Shown here in pieces: positions 27,445 through 37,740 of a stretch of DNA of 64,000 bases (position 1 is its first letter; each line of letters opens with the position of its first letter). Source of the stretch: Candidatus Melainabacteria bacterium 17Bon1m. GTDB lineage: Bacteria; Cyanobacteriota; Vampirovibrionia; Obscuribacterales; Obscuribacteraceae. Where the stretch lies: the NCBI GenBank assembly GCA_032128875.1, contig JAVLKG010000004.1, forward strand, positions 640,001-704,000, written 5' to 3'. The notes beneath the pieces were generated by a model that worked only from the letters and a program-made list of their open reading frames with translations, did no database searches and had not been told where the DNA came from. Made by a program: the position numbers and the translations under genes.

Positions 27445-27809
27445 TTAGAACTATCTCCGGAATCGGGATTCTTTTCGGTCACCAGCTAAAGAGATTCCAT
27501 ACTAAGCCAACATGCTAATACTACATAAGATAAGACCAAAGGTGGGCTCATGACTTCTATTCCCTTTCTTCAATTCTTGAAAAGTTTCGAAGATTGGAAG
27601 ATGTGAAGGTTCGGGCGTATATATCCAATTCCATTGCGTAAAGTAACTGTCACCGAATTGACGCTCTTTTGAAGATGAAGACTGGGCTTCCATCGGCGTT
27701 GCAAAGACGATTTAAGCTGCGTGAGCAAAGTTGAATCGACCGATTGGGGCTCCCAAACCCGTTGTCATCATGGATGTGGCGGTAAACTAGGACATAGTGG
27801 AGGGTCTGG

Positions 27810-30356
27810 ATGTCCGTCAATAACCCCCAGTCCACGGGGAGCAGCAAAACTTGCACAGCCTGCGGTCGCCGTTATCAAGGCGATATGACCGTGTGTCCCG
27901 ACGACAACATGCCACTGATGACCGTGCCGGACGAGGATTTAGTCGGCACAGTCCTGGAAAACAAATACGAAATTCTTGAAAAAATTGGCGCAGGCGGCAT
28001 GGGAGCCGTCTACAAAGCCAGACACCAACTTATGCACCGCCAGGTGGCTATCAAGATGGTCTTGGCACAGTTGAGCGCAAATTCGATGACCTTGAAGCGG
28101 TTCACGCAAGAAGCGCGCGCGACCAGTCAGCTCAACCATCCCAACATTCTGACTGTCTTCGATTTCGGGATTTCGCCAAGCAATCAACCTTATCTGGTCA
28201 TGGACTTTTTGGAAGGCGTTAATTTCGGACGCGTTCTGGAAGAAACACGCCAAATACCTGTCCCGAGAGCGATTGGGATATTTTTGCAAGTTTGTGCCGC
28301 ACTCGGTCATGCCCACCAGAAAGGCATTGTCCACAGAGATTTGAAGCCTTCCAACATCATGCTTATCGAGCTTGATGGGCAACCGGATTTTGTCAAAGTT
28401 CTCGATTTCGGAATTGCTAAAGTCCTCTCTTCAGTCGACGGTGAGACAGACAATCTAACTCGCACCGGAGAAGTATTCGGAAGCCCGTTGTACATGAGTC
28501 CGGAGCAATTCCGCGGCAAATCAATGGATGCACGCTCCGACATCTATTCGCTTGGTTGCGTCATGTACCGAAGCTTGGCAGGCATTTGCCCTGTCACCGG
28601 AAAAGATGTACTCGAATGCATGTACAAGCATGTCAACGAAACCATTCCGCCATTTTCAGTCACGGCGCCGGAAGCTGAAATTCCAGAACGCTTAGAGCAA
28701 ATCATCATGAAGGCGCTGGCCAAAAATCCAGACGATCGCTACGCATCGATGAATGATTTGAGAGCTGATTTAGAACAGTGCGCAGAAGAACTGGCTCTTG
28801 GTCCGCTCGGTCCCGCCTTTCTTCGCTCTGGCAACTTTACTGCGTCAGATCCGGCATTGATGGCTTTTCCCAGCGGTACCTATCGTTCTGTTGGTTTGAA
28901 TACACCATTACCATCGCAGATAAATACAGGAAGCGAGACACCTGCAGAACATCAAACAGCGCTGCAAAACGCACACGCAGCTGCAGAAGCCGCTGTTCAA
29001 GCGGCCGCCGACGCTCAAGACGCAGCTCTCGGAAAAACATCGGCTCAGGTGATTCCACCAGGCGGTTCTGTTCCGGAAGTTGAGACTCCAGCAAGCTGGG
29101 TAACTGCTCCTCATCAAATTCCGCAAGGTGCAGCCGAGCCAGTAGGAAATGTTACCGGTAGTATTTCAATTAGCGGTCCTACGGTGCCGGCCGACCAAGT
29201 GCGCAACATTGACTCCGGCGTAGCATCAAACAATCAGTTGGTGATCACTTATTCGCAACCGGTTGCTCAAGAAAAATCCGGGCTCGATAAGCGCATAATC
29301 ATTGCCGGTGCAGCAGTGCTCGTGCTTGGAGTCGGCGGTTTTGTGTTTTCCCAGATGGGTCACAATACTTCCCAGCCTGACCAGCCACATGTCGTTGCTA
29401 ATCCAAAAACATATGAAGACTTCACGTCGAGCGGACTCTCGCATTATTCTGAAGGTCGCTATGCGGACGCTGTCAAAGAGCTGAAGAAAGCTAATGATTT
29501 TGCTCGCAGTTTTGCCGAAACCGATAAACGCAAATTGGAGAGCTGGATCAATTTAGGTGAAGCGCATGTCGCCAACGACGACTACAAAGAAGCTGAAGCT
29601 TGCCTCAATCATGCAGCACTGATTCTGAGGAATACGAATCAAACGCAAGGCAAAGAATTCGCTCGCGTACAACAAGACCTTGGCGAACTGCGCCTTAACT
29701 CCGGCGACCTCAAAGCGGCCGAGACTTGTTTCAAAAAAGCACTCGACGTTCGTATGAAATTGTCCGGCACTGATAAAGAAGATGCCGCCGATTCGCTGCA
29801 AGGGCTCGCATCGATTTCAATTCAAAGACGCAATTACAAGGACGCAATCGCAAAGCTGCACGAAGCGCAGAAGTTGATTGAAACGACTTCCGGAAAAGAA
29901 GATCGTGACTACGTTGCCGTTGTAACCGACTTAGCCAGAGCCGAACAAATGGCTGCCACCAAGAAAGAACAACTTTCGACAATTCAAGCTGAGTACGAGC
30001 AGGCCTTGAGTTTGGGCACAAAAGTTTATCCACCTGACCATCCGCAGATTGGCAAGATCAATCTTGCACTTGCCACTATCCTCTATTCTGAAGACAAATT
30101 GGATGACGCCGAAGCACGCTTCAACGAAGCGATTCGCATCACAACGAAGAATGGCGGTGAGAAGAGCGTGGACATGGCTCAGATGAAAGCGTCTCTAGCT
30201 ATTTTGAACATGAGACAGCAGCGTTATGGTGGCGCCGAACAATTGTTTGCCGATGCTATCAAGATCGGCACGCAAAAGCTGGGCGAGACTAACGATGCTG
30301 TTCGCCGTTGGCAAAAATACAAAGCCGAGTGCGAAAAACTGCGCAGACGCGGCTAA
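27810..30356 (+). CDS. Hanks-type Ser/Thr kinase: Zn-ribbon, kinase, TM helix, TPR sensor
   Basis: CTAC..CPDD; GAGGMG, VAIK, HRDLKPSN, DFG, SPE; TM IIIAGAAVLVLGVGGFVF; C-terminal TPRs. Confidence 0.95.
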   Translation: MSVNNPQSTGSSKTCTACGRRYQGDMTVCPDDNMPLMTVPDEDLVGTVLENKYEILEKIGAGGMGAVYKARHQLMHRQVAIKMVLAQLSANSMTLKRFTQEARATSQLNHPNILTVFDFGISPSNQPYLVMDFLEGVNFGRVLEETRQIPVPRAIGIFLQVCAALGHAHQKGIVHRDLKPSNIMLIELDGQPDFVKVLDFGIAKVLSSVDGETDNLTRTGEVFGSPLYMSPEQFRGKSMDARSDIYSLGCVMYRSLAGICPVTGKDVLECMYKHVNETIPPFSVTAPEAEIPERLEQIIMKALAKNPDDRYASMNDLRADLEQCAEELALGPLGPAFLRSGNFTASDPALMAFPSGTYRSVGLNTPLPSQINTGSETPAEHQTALQNAHAAAEAAVQAAADAQDAALGKTSAQVIPPGGSVPEVETPASWVTAPHQIPQGAAEPVGNVTGSISISGPTVPADQVRNIDSGVASNNQLVITYSQPVAQEKSGLDKRIIIAGAAVLVLGVGGFVFSQMGHNTSQPDQPHVVANPKTYEDFTSSGLSHYSEGRYADAVKELKKANDFARSFAETDKRKLESWINLGEAHVANDDYKEAEACLNHAALILRNTNQTQGKEFARVQQDLGELRLNSGDLKAAETCFKKALDVRMKLSGTDKEDAADSLQGLASISIQRRNYKDAIAKLHEAQKLIETTSGKEDRDYVAVVTDLARAEQMAATKKEQLSTIQAEYEQALSLGTKVYPPDHPQIGKINLALATILYSEDKLDDAEARFNEAIRITTKNGGEKSVDMAQMKASLAILNMRQQRYGGAEQLFADAIKIGTQKLGETNDAVRRWQKYKAECEKLRRRG

Positions 30357-30361
30357 TTTTT

Positions 30362-31786
30362 CTACCTGCCGGTAAGTTCGCTAGGAACAAAGCCTATGTC
30401 CTTTGAGCCCAAAAGGCTCTTGGTCAAGCTTCCTCCTGCTACAACCATTTCGTGCATAGCTTCATCCAAATGGCGATCTCTAACTACAATAGGATCTCCA
30501 TCCGGCGCCGCGAAGAGAGCAGCTTTGCGCATTAGCTCGCCGATAAACGCACCGCTTGCTCCAGCCGTCCGCTTGATGAAGACTTCCATGTTCTCGCACT
30601 TGACGGTCAGTCCTTTGGAGTAAACATCGAAGAGACGTCGGCGACATTCCGCATCCGGAAGCGGCACTTCATAGGCCTGGTCTATGCGTCCAGGACGCGC
30701 AGCCAAAGCAGGTTCTAAAATCTCAGGACGATTAGTTGTGAGAACGAAAAGAACATCTACGTCATCAGACAATCCGTCCATCTCGTTCATCAGTTCTAGA
30801 AGAACGGCTTGATTGCAGCCATTGCTTGTAGTTCGATCTTCGGCGATTAAATCCACGTCTTCAATGATTACCATCGCCGGCTCTAGCCATCGAGCGAAAA
30901 ACGCCGTTCTGGCAATCAACCCCTGACCACGTCCAGTCACTAGAAGGACGGTCCGCTCTTTCATTGCCGAAGCCAGATACATTGAAGTCAATGTCTTGCC
31001 GGTACCTGGTTTGCCGTGCAAAAGAATTCCCCGCTTGAGTTTGCGTCCAGCGTTCTTCAGCGCTTGGCTGTATTGCCCAACATCTACCGTTTGTCTTTCA
31101 ATGCGCTTCAAAAGACCTTCTGGCAAAATAATCTGTTCGCGTGTGATTGCCGGGACGGTATGAAACTTAAGTGTGCCACCACCGCCCATCCCGGCAACTG
31201 AAGCAGGACCTTCAATCACTGAGAGCATCTTGCCGCGATAGACGTTGTTTTTGCCCATGTGACGCTGAATATCTTTGATGAACTTCTCTGCCGACTCACG
31301 ATTTTCCGACATTACGTCAATGACAATCGGCGAGGCGCCCGCAAAATCCATCATCGAGCCCTGGCGTAAAAGCAGAGCCAGTTTAGGATTTCCGGTTATC
31401 AAATACAATCCGCCTTGAACGCATGCGAGTTTGCGCCCGCTGTCGAGTTCCATATTTAGATACTGTACTGTTCCTTCTTTCGCTCCACCCAAACCAACAA
31501 AACTTGCCACTGATTGCGATGCGACAAGATCAGACAGCGATGTTCCAGTCAGGTTGTTCAAAAATCCACCCTGAATTCCCAAAATTGTTGTGCTGCGACC
31601 ATTCTTGGTAGTCAGCTCATCCAGGGCGATCTGAAGGTTCGCCTGATTGTATCTCTCAAACTGTTCGGTAACTATAGAGAGCGTGGCTGGATCCTTGCCC
31701 ATGTGCTCGCAAATTTTGGTCCTTAAATCCTTCGGCATCAGATTGCCCGGAACCAGATCTTTCATGTTGAAACCAGAGAAAGTCAT
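30362..31786 (-). CDS. AAA+ ATPase
   Basis: Walker A GKPGTGKT; Walker B IIEDVD; SRH TTNRPE.LEPAL..RPGRID. ATG at 31786 follows GGAGGA. Confidence 0.92.
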   Translation of the reverse strand: MTFSGFNMKDLVPGNLMPKDLRTKICEHMGKDPATLSIVTEQFERYNQANLQIALDELTTKNGRSTTILGIQGGFLNNLTGTSLSDLVASQSVASFVGLGGAKEGTVQYLNMELDSGRKLACVQGGLYLITGNPKLALLLRQGSMMDFAGASPIVIDVMSENRESAEKFIKDIQRHMGKNNVYRGKMLSVIEGPASVAGMGGGGTLKFHTVPAITREQIILPEGLLKRIERQTVDVGQYSQALKNAGRKLKRGILLHGKPGTGKTLTSMYLASAMKERTVLLVTGRGQGLIARTAFFARWLEPAMVIIEDVDLIAEDRTTSNGCNQAVLLELMNEMDGLSDDVDVLFVLTTNRPEILEPALAARPGRIDQAYEVPLPDAECRRRLFDVYSKGLTVKCENMEVFIKRTAGASGAFIGELMRKAALFAAPDGDPIVVRDRHLDEAMHEMVVAGGSLTKSLLGSKDIGFVPSELTGR

Positions 31787-32065
31787 TCTTTGTCCTCCAG
31801 CTATGCGGCGCAATCACTGCACCTGATTTAGATATCGACGTATGGTCCAGCCTTGCAAATGAAACTACATGCATTCCATTACAAGGCCGAAAGTGACGCA
31901 ATCGAAAGGATGCACTGCTTTTCTTAATTAGCGCAAAATGAGCGCTATTCCGGGCGTTTGGAAAGGGCGCCGGCAGGCAAACACCATATAATTATGGTTC
32001 AATGCCGGGATATCATTTTTTTGGTTATTGCACCGCAAAGGGACATCAATTTGGGACTGGGGACC

Positions 32066-33895
32066 ATGATTCATCAAGCCAAGGGGTGGTTCTACTACCT
32101 CTTTGGACAGTATGACGCCGCAGTCGACCAATTCTCAGAAGCAATCAAAAATGCGCCGGAAAACGCGAGTTGCTGGAAAGGACGAGGACTTTCGCACTTC
32201 AAGGCTCGCAATTTCGACCTTGCACTAAACGATCTCAGCAAATACATCACTCTCGACGACAAGAATTTCAGAGTCTTCATGGCGCGCGCAGACGCTTACG
32301 CCGAAAAGGGAGATTACGACCTGGCCATTCAGGACTATTCTCACGCTCTTACGCACAAACCAGACGAGTTTCCCGCCTATCATATTTATTTAGATCGCGG
32401 CGCAGCTTACATCATGACTCGTGAATTGGATAAAGCCATTGACGACCTGAATAAAGCTGTTTCTGCAAACGAAAAGTCGATCGAAGCACATCAAAGCCGT
32501 GGCATCGCATACCGGCTGAACAATCAGTTAGACAAAGCACTCGCTGATTTCGACAAAGTTCTTTCCATGGACGTCAAATATCATCAGGCGCACTATCAAA
32601 AAGGACTTCTCTTCAATGACATGAACGAATTCGAGCGTGCCGTAGAGTCGCTCACCAAGTCCATTTCTCTCAGTCCAAAATTTCTTGTTGCCTATTTCGA
32701 GCGTGCAAGTGCCTACGTAAGTTTGTGCCAATACGAAAATGCTGTTTGCGATTACAACGTCTGCGTCGACTCAGACCCAAAATCTGCTGTTCCTTATCAC
32801 ATGCGCGGTTTGGCTCATATTCGCATGGGTGAATACGATCTTGCACTTGCTGATCTTGCCAAAGCGCTGACAAGAAAAGAAGGTGATGTTCGCATTCTTA
32901 CAGATCGCGGAATGGCCTTTTTCCACAAGAACTATTTCGATCTTGCACTTAAAGATTTCAATCAGGCTTTGTCCATCGATCCCAAGTATTGGAGAGCTTA
33001 TTCGATGCGTGCGATGGTGCATGGCATGGGTTCGCAAAGAGACTATCAAAAAGCTTTGGCAGATTTTGAGACTGCCATTAAATATGCCCCAATGGAAGCT
33101 GAGAATTACAATCGTCGTGGTCTTGTCCTAGACGAAATGGGTGATTTCGAGAATGCAATTTCCAGCTTTGATGCGGCGCTAAAGCTAGACCCTAAAACGT
33201 TTAACGGCTATTACAACAAAGCGCTGACTCTTCATAAAATGGGCGAACTGGAAGAAGCAAAAAAGAATTATGACCGTGCCGTAAAAGTAAATCCGGCACT
33301 AAAGGCGGTGCACTTGCGACGCGGACAGGTTTTGCACGAGCTTGGCAAACCCAAACAAGCGCTCGAAGATTACAACATATGGGCCGCCGAAAACCCTGAT
33401 GACAAGGAAATCTACGTCCTTCGCGGCAACGCTCTAGCTGACTTGAATAAGACCAAAGAAGCATTGAAAGACTACAACAAGGCAATCGACCAAGATAAAT
33501 ACAACGCGGTCGCAAAAATGCAACGTGGGCATTTAAAATTTAAACTTGGAAAGACAGAAGAAGCTCTTTGCGACTTTGAAGATGCAATAAAATTGAACCC
33601 ATGGCTGAAAGGCGCTCACATCGGCAAAGCCCAGGTTTTTGGCACGAGAGGAAACTTAGAAGGCGAAATGCAGGAATTGGGAGAGGCGATTCGACTGGAT
33701 GGTTCTGATCCGAATCCATTTTTGAGACGTGGCCGTTTGCTTGCAAAAACCGGAAAGCACCGCCGCGCAATTTCGGACCTTATGCACGCGCAAGATTTAT
33801 TGCTCGGGCTCGGCCGACGAGAAGAGGCAGCAGAGCTCGCTCCCGAGATTGGAGAATTGCAGAGAACAGAATCGCAGTCTTCGAAAACCGATTGA
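32066..33895 (+). CDS. Long TPR-repeat protein
   Basis: Continuous 34-aa repeats (RG.AY..A..D..KA) over about 600 aa; the ORF track starts at 31958. Confidence 0.92.
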   Translation: MIHQAKGWFYYLFGQYDAAVDQFSEAIKNAPENASCWKGRGLSHFKARNFDLALNDLSKYITLDDKNFRVFMARADAYAEKGDYDLAIQDYSHALTHKPDEFPAYHIYLDRGAAYIMTRELDKAIDDLNKAVSANEKSIEAHQSRGIAYRLNNQLDKALADFDKVLSMDVKYHQAHYQKGLLFNDMNEFERAVESLTKSISLSPKFLVAYFERASAYVSLCQYENAVCDYNVCVDSDPKSAVPYHMRGLAHIRMGEYDLALADLAKALTRKEGDVRILTDRGMAFFHKNYFDLALKDFNQALSIDPKYWRAYSMRAMVHGMGSQRDYQKALADFETAIKYAPMEAENYNRRGLVLDEMGDFENAISSFDAALKLDPKTFNGYYNKALTLHKMGELEEAKKNYDRAVKVNPALKAVHLRRGQVLHELGKPKQALEDYNIWAAENPDDKEIYVLRGNALADLNKTKEALKDYNKAIDQDKYNAVAKMQRGHLKFKLGKTEEALCDFEDAIKLNPWLKGAHIGKAQVFGTRGNLEGEMQELGEAIRLDGSDPNPFLRRGRLLAKTGKHRRAISDLMHAQDLLLGLGRREEAAELAPEIGELQRTESQSSKTD

Positions 33896-33953
33896 CCTAT
33901 ACAAAAGCCATTAATCGCGTTCAAACCAATTTGCAAATTAAAATGCAAAACAA

Positions 33954-33982
33954 AGAGCGGATCGATTTACCCAATCCGCTCT
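33954..33982. terminator. Probable terminator hairpin between convergent genes
   Basis: AGAGCGGAT...ATCCGCTCT with an A-rich left flank (U-rich on minus). Confidence 0.55.
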
Positions 33983-34014
33983 GTAAATTTGTTGAATACG
34001 CAGGAGAAACTTCT

Positions 34015-34425
34015 CTACATAATTCTGCAAAGTTCAAACAAGAAGAGTGCGAAAACTGAGCCTGTGATGAATGTTGCGACCACAATCATCCAAACCAAAT
34101 GCGCTTGTCTTGGAGTAAAACTTTTCACAACTCCAATTCTGGAAGCAATGAAATACAAAAGTGAAATCAGAAGAAAAAATACAAACCAGGGTCTTAAGGT
34201 GATGCCGTGAGGCATGAATGCGGACGATGCGAGCAACACCGCAGCCAACGGGAAGCTGATAACCGATACGTAGTCTGATCCCCGCAGGCGAGAGCTGTCT
34301 GAATTGCTGGCTGCACGAATGTGCTTAAACGCCGAAGCCAGGTTGCCCCAAAATGAGGCTCTCAAGTGCTTAGGATCTGTTGCTGCGCCGCCGCCCTCAG
34401 GCGCCGTCGTTGGTTCATCAGACAC
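34015..34425 (-). CDS. Hypothetical membrane protein (about 3 TM)
   Basis: GTG start after AGAGGAGG; three hydrophobic segments. Confidence 0.75.
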   Translation of the reverse strand: MSDEPTTAPEGGGAATDPKHLRASFWGNLASAFKHIRAASNSDSSRLRGSDYVSVISFPLAAVLLASSAFMPHGITLRPWFVFFLLISLLYFIASRIGVVKSFTPRQAHLVWMIVVATFITGSVFALFLFELCRIM

Positions 34426-34534
34426 GGAAAATCCTCCTCTAATGGGTGTAGATATTATTCCCAGAAGATGGAAACAATCGCGCCTTGACAGTTTTGACCG
34501 ATAAAATCGATGACGTTCTTTATATAAGTTTTGC

Positions 34535-36010
34535 TCAGCGCTTTTTCAAAAGCCTGACTAGCGTCACTATCAGACTGAAAAATGCAGCGAGAAAGCCGCC
34601 GACAACACCAGCAGCGACACCTGTCTGCCAGTCCTTTTCCAGTTTTGCAGGCTGGTTCACGCCTTCTTTCGAAAGTGCCTCTCTGAAAGTCACTTCATTT
34701 TCCTGGCTCGATTTTAGCGCTCGGATTGCTTGCTCCGGACTCAATCGACCACGTTTTACAAGATTGTGGCAGCGCTCTGCCTGTCGTCGCAGTTCATCAT
34801 TAATCAAGCCGGATTCAACCAGGAAGGTGGCGCTTCTGTGACTGTCTTGCAGCATTACCTGGTACGCTGCCACCAAATTATCTTGGTCCAGAAGATCCGC
34901 AGCGCTAAGAAGATCAATTAGCCTGCCGCCGGGACGATTATGCTTGCTTGGCGGCGGTGTACGCTTTTCTCTTATCGTGGCTTTATCAGCATGAATAACG
35001 TGTCGAGTGCGCATATCACGCCTGTCGCGTTTTTCGTTTTCATTAGCATCTGAAGCATTTGTTTGCTGCCGCGATTCCGAATCCGAAGTTTGTGATTCGC
35101 TATCTGAAACTTGCGATTCCATTGCCGGACTTACATCTGCCTTCTCATCCACTTCGTCACGCGATATTGCGCTTCTAGATAATTCCTCGAGTGCGTTAGC
35201 TATTTCTTCTTGTGCTACCTGGTCCTCATTTTCGACTTGCTCTTCTTGTGCGCGCGGAGTGCTCAACACTTTTGGCTCTGAGTGCCGTTTTTTGTGAGCG
35301 GCAGGCGATTCTCTCAAACTGACGTCCGACTCAAAATCGAAATCCAACTCTTCAATTGTTTTCAATGCGGGCTGATTTGTTCTATCACCAGCCTTCAGCC
35401 AGAGCGTAAAGGCTTCCTTCAGCTCTGTGATCGCTTCTTCATTAGATAACTTGCCGTTGGTCACTTTCTCTTGAATCGCACTTATGGCGGGGAAGAAATC
35501 AGGCGAAAGTGCGCCCTGAAAGACCAACGTGCTGCCCAAGGGAGTCCCATACTCAAAGCTTGTCTTGAGTGCGTCATCAATTTGTTCTTGGCTGACCAAA
35601 TTAGAATCGACCAAGAGGTCGGCTAGGTTGTTCTTCCCTTTTCCGTATTTAGGTCTGAAATTCAGCACCTCAAGCGCTTCTTTAACTGTGCAATTTGTTT
35701 TCTCGATGCGAGAAAGTGCTTTCAAGGCAGATTCTAGGGGGACTTCTCCATCCCTAATAAGCGATTGCAGATCGAGTGCGGCGTGCAAAAGCTTTTCTGT
35801 GACACAGCCTGACGTGATAAGAACGCGACCAATGGGAGTATTTAGACGTTTTGAGACCTGAATAGCTTCCGTAATCTCGGCAGACGAGACTACCCTGGCG
35901 GCAACCAGCATGTCTCCTACGCGAACCATTCTGTTGTCTTTCGGCACGGCTGACCTATGTTTGGCATGGCCTGGCAGCGGATTGGCTATAGCAGCCAGGC
36001 TGCAGATCAT
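34535..36010 (-). CDS. MshEN-like repeat protein with C-terminal membrane anchor; paralog of 21835-25374
   Basis: RVGDMLVAARVVSSAEITEA..PIGRVL, NLADLLVDSNLVSQEQIDDAL..PLGSTL, RLIDLL; C-terminal TM followed by KKR. The true start may be 35947 or 35929. Confidence 0.82.
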   Translation of the reverse strand: MICSLAAIANPLPGHAKHRSAVPKDNRMVRVGDMLVAARVVSSAEITEAIQVSKRLNTPIGRVLITSGCVTEKLLHAALDLQSLIRDGEVPLESALKALSRIEKTNCTVKEALEVLNFRPKYGKGKNNLADLLVDSNLVSQEQIDDALKTSFEYGTPLGSTLVFQGALSPDFFPAISAIQEKVTNGKLSNEEAITELKEAFTLWLKAGDRTNQPALKTIEELDFDFESDVSLRESPAAHKKRHSEPKVLSTPRAQEEQVENEDQVAQEEIANALEELSRSAISRDEVDEKADVSPAMESQVSDSESQTSDSESRQQTNASDANENEKRDRRDMRTRHVIHADKATIREKRTPPPSKHNRPGGRLIDLLSAADLLDQDNLVAAYQVMLQDSHRSATFLVESGLINDELRRQAERCHNLVKRGRLSPEQAIRALKSSQENEVTFREALSKEGVNQPAKLEKDWQTGVAAGVVGGFLAAFFSLIVTLVRLLKKR

Positions 36011-36245
36011 ATCAGTTTTACATCGAACGTATTGATCATTTGCTACCTTACATGAGGGCTGTCAAGGATGCACCATTCTGGCACCAAATGCGGTACTGAA
36101 GTCGATGGCAAACACAGGAAGAGCCGCACGACGCTTATCGAATTCTAATTTCATATTTCGAGCACCTTTCGCAGACTTTGCTGGATGTCATGAGAATTTG
36201 TGCTAATCTAACCGACCAAGCGAAAATCATGGAGTCCCCTCTCAC

Positions 36246-37460
36246 ATGTCATCATCAGGTCAAACTGACAGCGTTTCACACCCTTTTGAAATTTCCAAAC
36301 AAATACTTGCAGATGCCGGTGCCCTCAAGCGTTTCGTTGACGCAAATCTTCTGGCCTTTGTCCGATGTGATGTAAGCGGCCGATATTGGGAAGTGAATCA
36401 AGCGATGGTAGATTTGCTTGGTTACTCAAAGGAAGAACTTGAGTCTGGTGCGGTTAAGTGGAACGACATCACGCCGCAAGAACACTCATTTGTCGACCTG
36501 GGCGCTGTCGCAGAGCTGGCGAAGAATGGTAAAGCCGGTCCATTCCAGAAGGAATTGCTGCACAAGGATGGCAGCAAAGTTCCTGTGGTAGTCGGCGTCG
36601 TCACACTGCCTGAATCAACGGACCAGGTGTTGGCTTATCTAATCGGACTTCAACCAAAGACACTGTACGAGTACCGTCAACTTTTACAAGAAGCGCATTT
36701 CCAGCTGCTTGCCGAAAATATTCCACAGCTCGTTAATGTCTGCGATCCGGAAGGTCGCATCATCTATAGCAACAAACGTTTTGTAGATTACACAGGCTTG
36801 AAGAATAACGAAGAAGAGCCACTGATTTGGAACTCCTGTGTGCATCCCGCGGACGTTCAACTCATGAAAGACCTTGGTGAAAAGTGCAGGAATGATCGAT
36901 CGATTTTTGAATGCGAAGCACGGCTGAGAGCTAAAGACGGCTCATACCGTTGGCATCTAATTCTCTCTGTACCGATTTTCAACCCCGACGGCGCAATTCG
37001 CGAGTGGTTCGGCACCTCCACTGACATCGACGACAAAAAGCGCCAACAAGACGAAATTAGGGAAAGTGAACTGCGCTTTCGCATGCTGGCGGATGCAATT
37101 CCTCAGATTGTCTGGTCTGCCGATGCGAGCGGCAATTTCACTTTCTTCAATCACCGATGGACCGAATTCACCGGTCTTTCAGTTGAGCAAAGCTTGAATG
37201 ATGCATGGACCTTGCTTATTCATCCCGACGATCTGCCTATTTACCTGTCTGAATGGAATAAGGCTCTGTCGTCCGGCGACAGTTATGAAGTGGAGTTTCG
37301 TCTGAAACGGGCAATTGGCGTCGGTAAAGTCTCTGGCAACCCCTATCGGTGGCACTTGGGGCGCGCCGTGGCGCTGAGATCAAGAACAGGCTCGATTGTT
37401 GAGTGGTTCGGAACCTGGACGGAGATAGAACCGCAAAAGCGCCGCAGCGCTGGAAAGTGA
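36246..37460 (+). CDS. Stand-alone triple PAS/PAC sensor protein
   Basis: Three PAS-PAC units (VNQAM..LLGYS..EL; W...VHPAD..YRW; W...IHPDD..YRW) and no output domain. Confidence 0.9.
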   Translation: MSSSGQTDSVSHPFEISKQILADAGALKRFVDANLLAFVRCDVSGRYWEVNQAMVDLLGYSKEELESGAVKWNDITPQEHSFVDLGAVAELAKNGKAGPFQKELLHKDGSKVPVVVGVVTLPESTDQVLAYLIGLQPKTLYEYRQLLQEAHFQLLAENIPQLVNVCDPEGRIIYSNKRFVDYTGLKNNEEEPLIWNSCVHPADVQLMKDLGEKCRNDRSIFECEARLRAKDGSYRWHLILSVPIFNPDGAIREWFGTSTDIDDKKRQQDEIRESELRFRMLADAIPQIVWSADASGNFTFFNHRWTEFTGLSVEQSLNDAWTLLIHPDDLPIYLSEWNKALSSGDSYEVEFRLKRAIGVGKVSGNPYRWHLGRAVALRSRTGSIVEWFGTWTEIEPQKRRSAGK

Positions 37461-37740
37461 TTCCAACCAATTGTTATCTGACGTTTGTTTCTTGTTTAAC
37501 CCTTGAACACTAGGCTGAAAAGCGCCAATTTATTGGGTTTACAACAACTTGTACCGAACCTGTTTAGGTTTATATATTAATAGTGTCGGGAACAACTATG
37601 ACGGCGCTTGTCCGTAGCCTATAAGAGAGTAATGTTTATCGGCGTATTCCGCTCCGGAAACACAAAGCTCTTGGGCAATTCCGCGATAAAGCGCTTTTGG
37701 TACGTCGGTTTTTGGCTTACTAGCCAGTCAGGGTGAAGGG

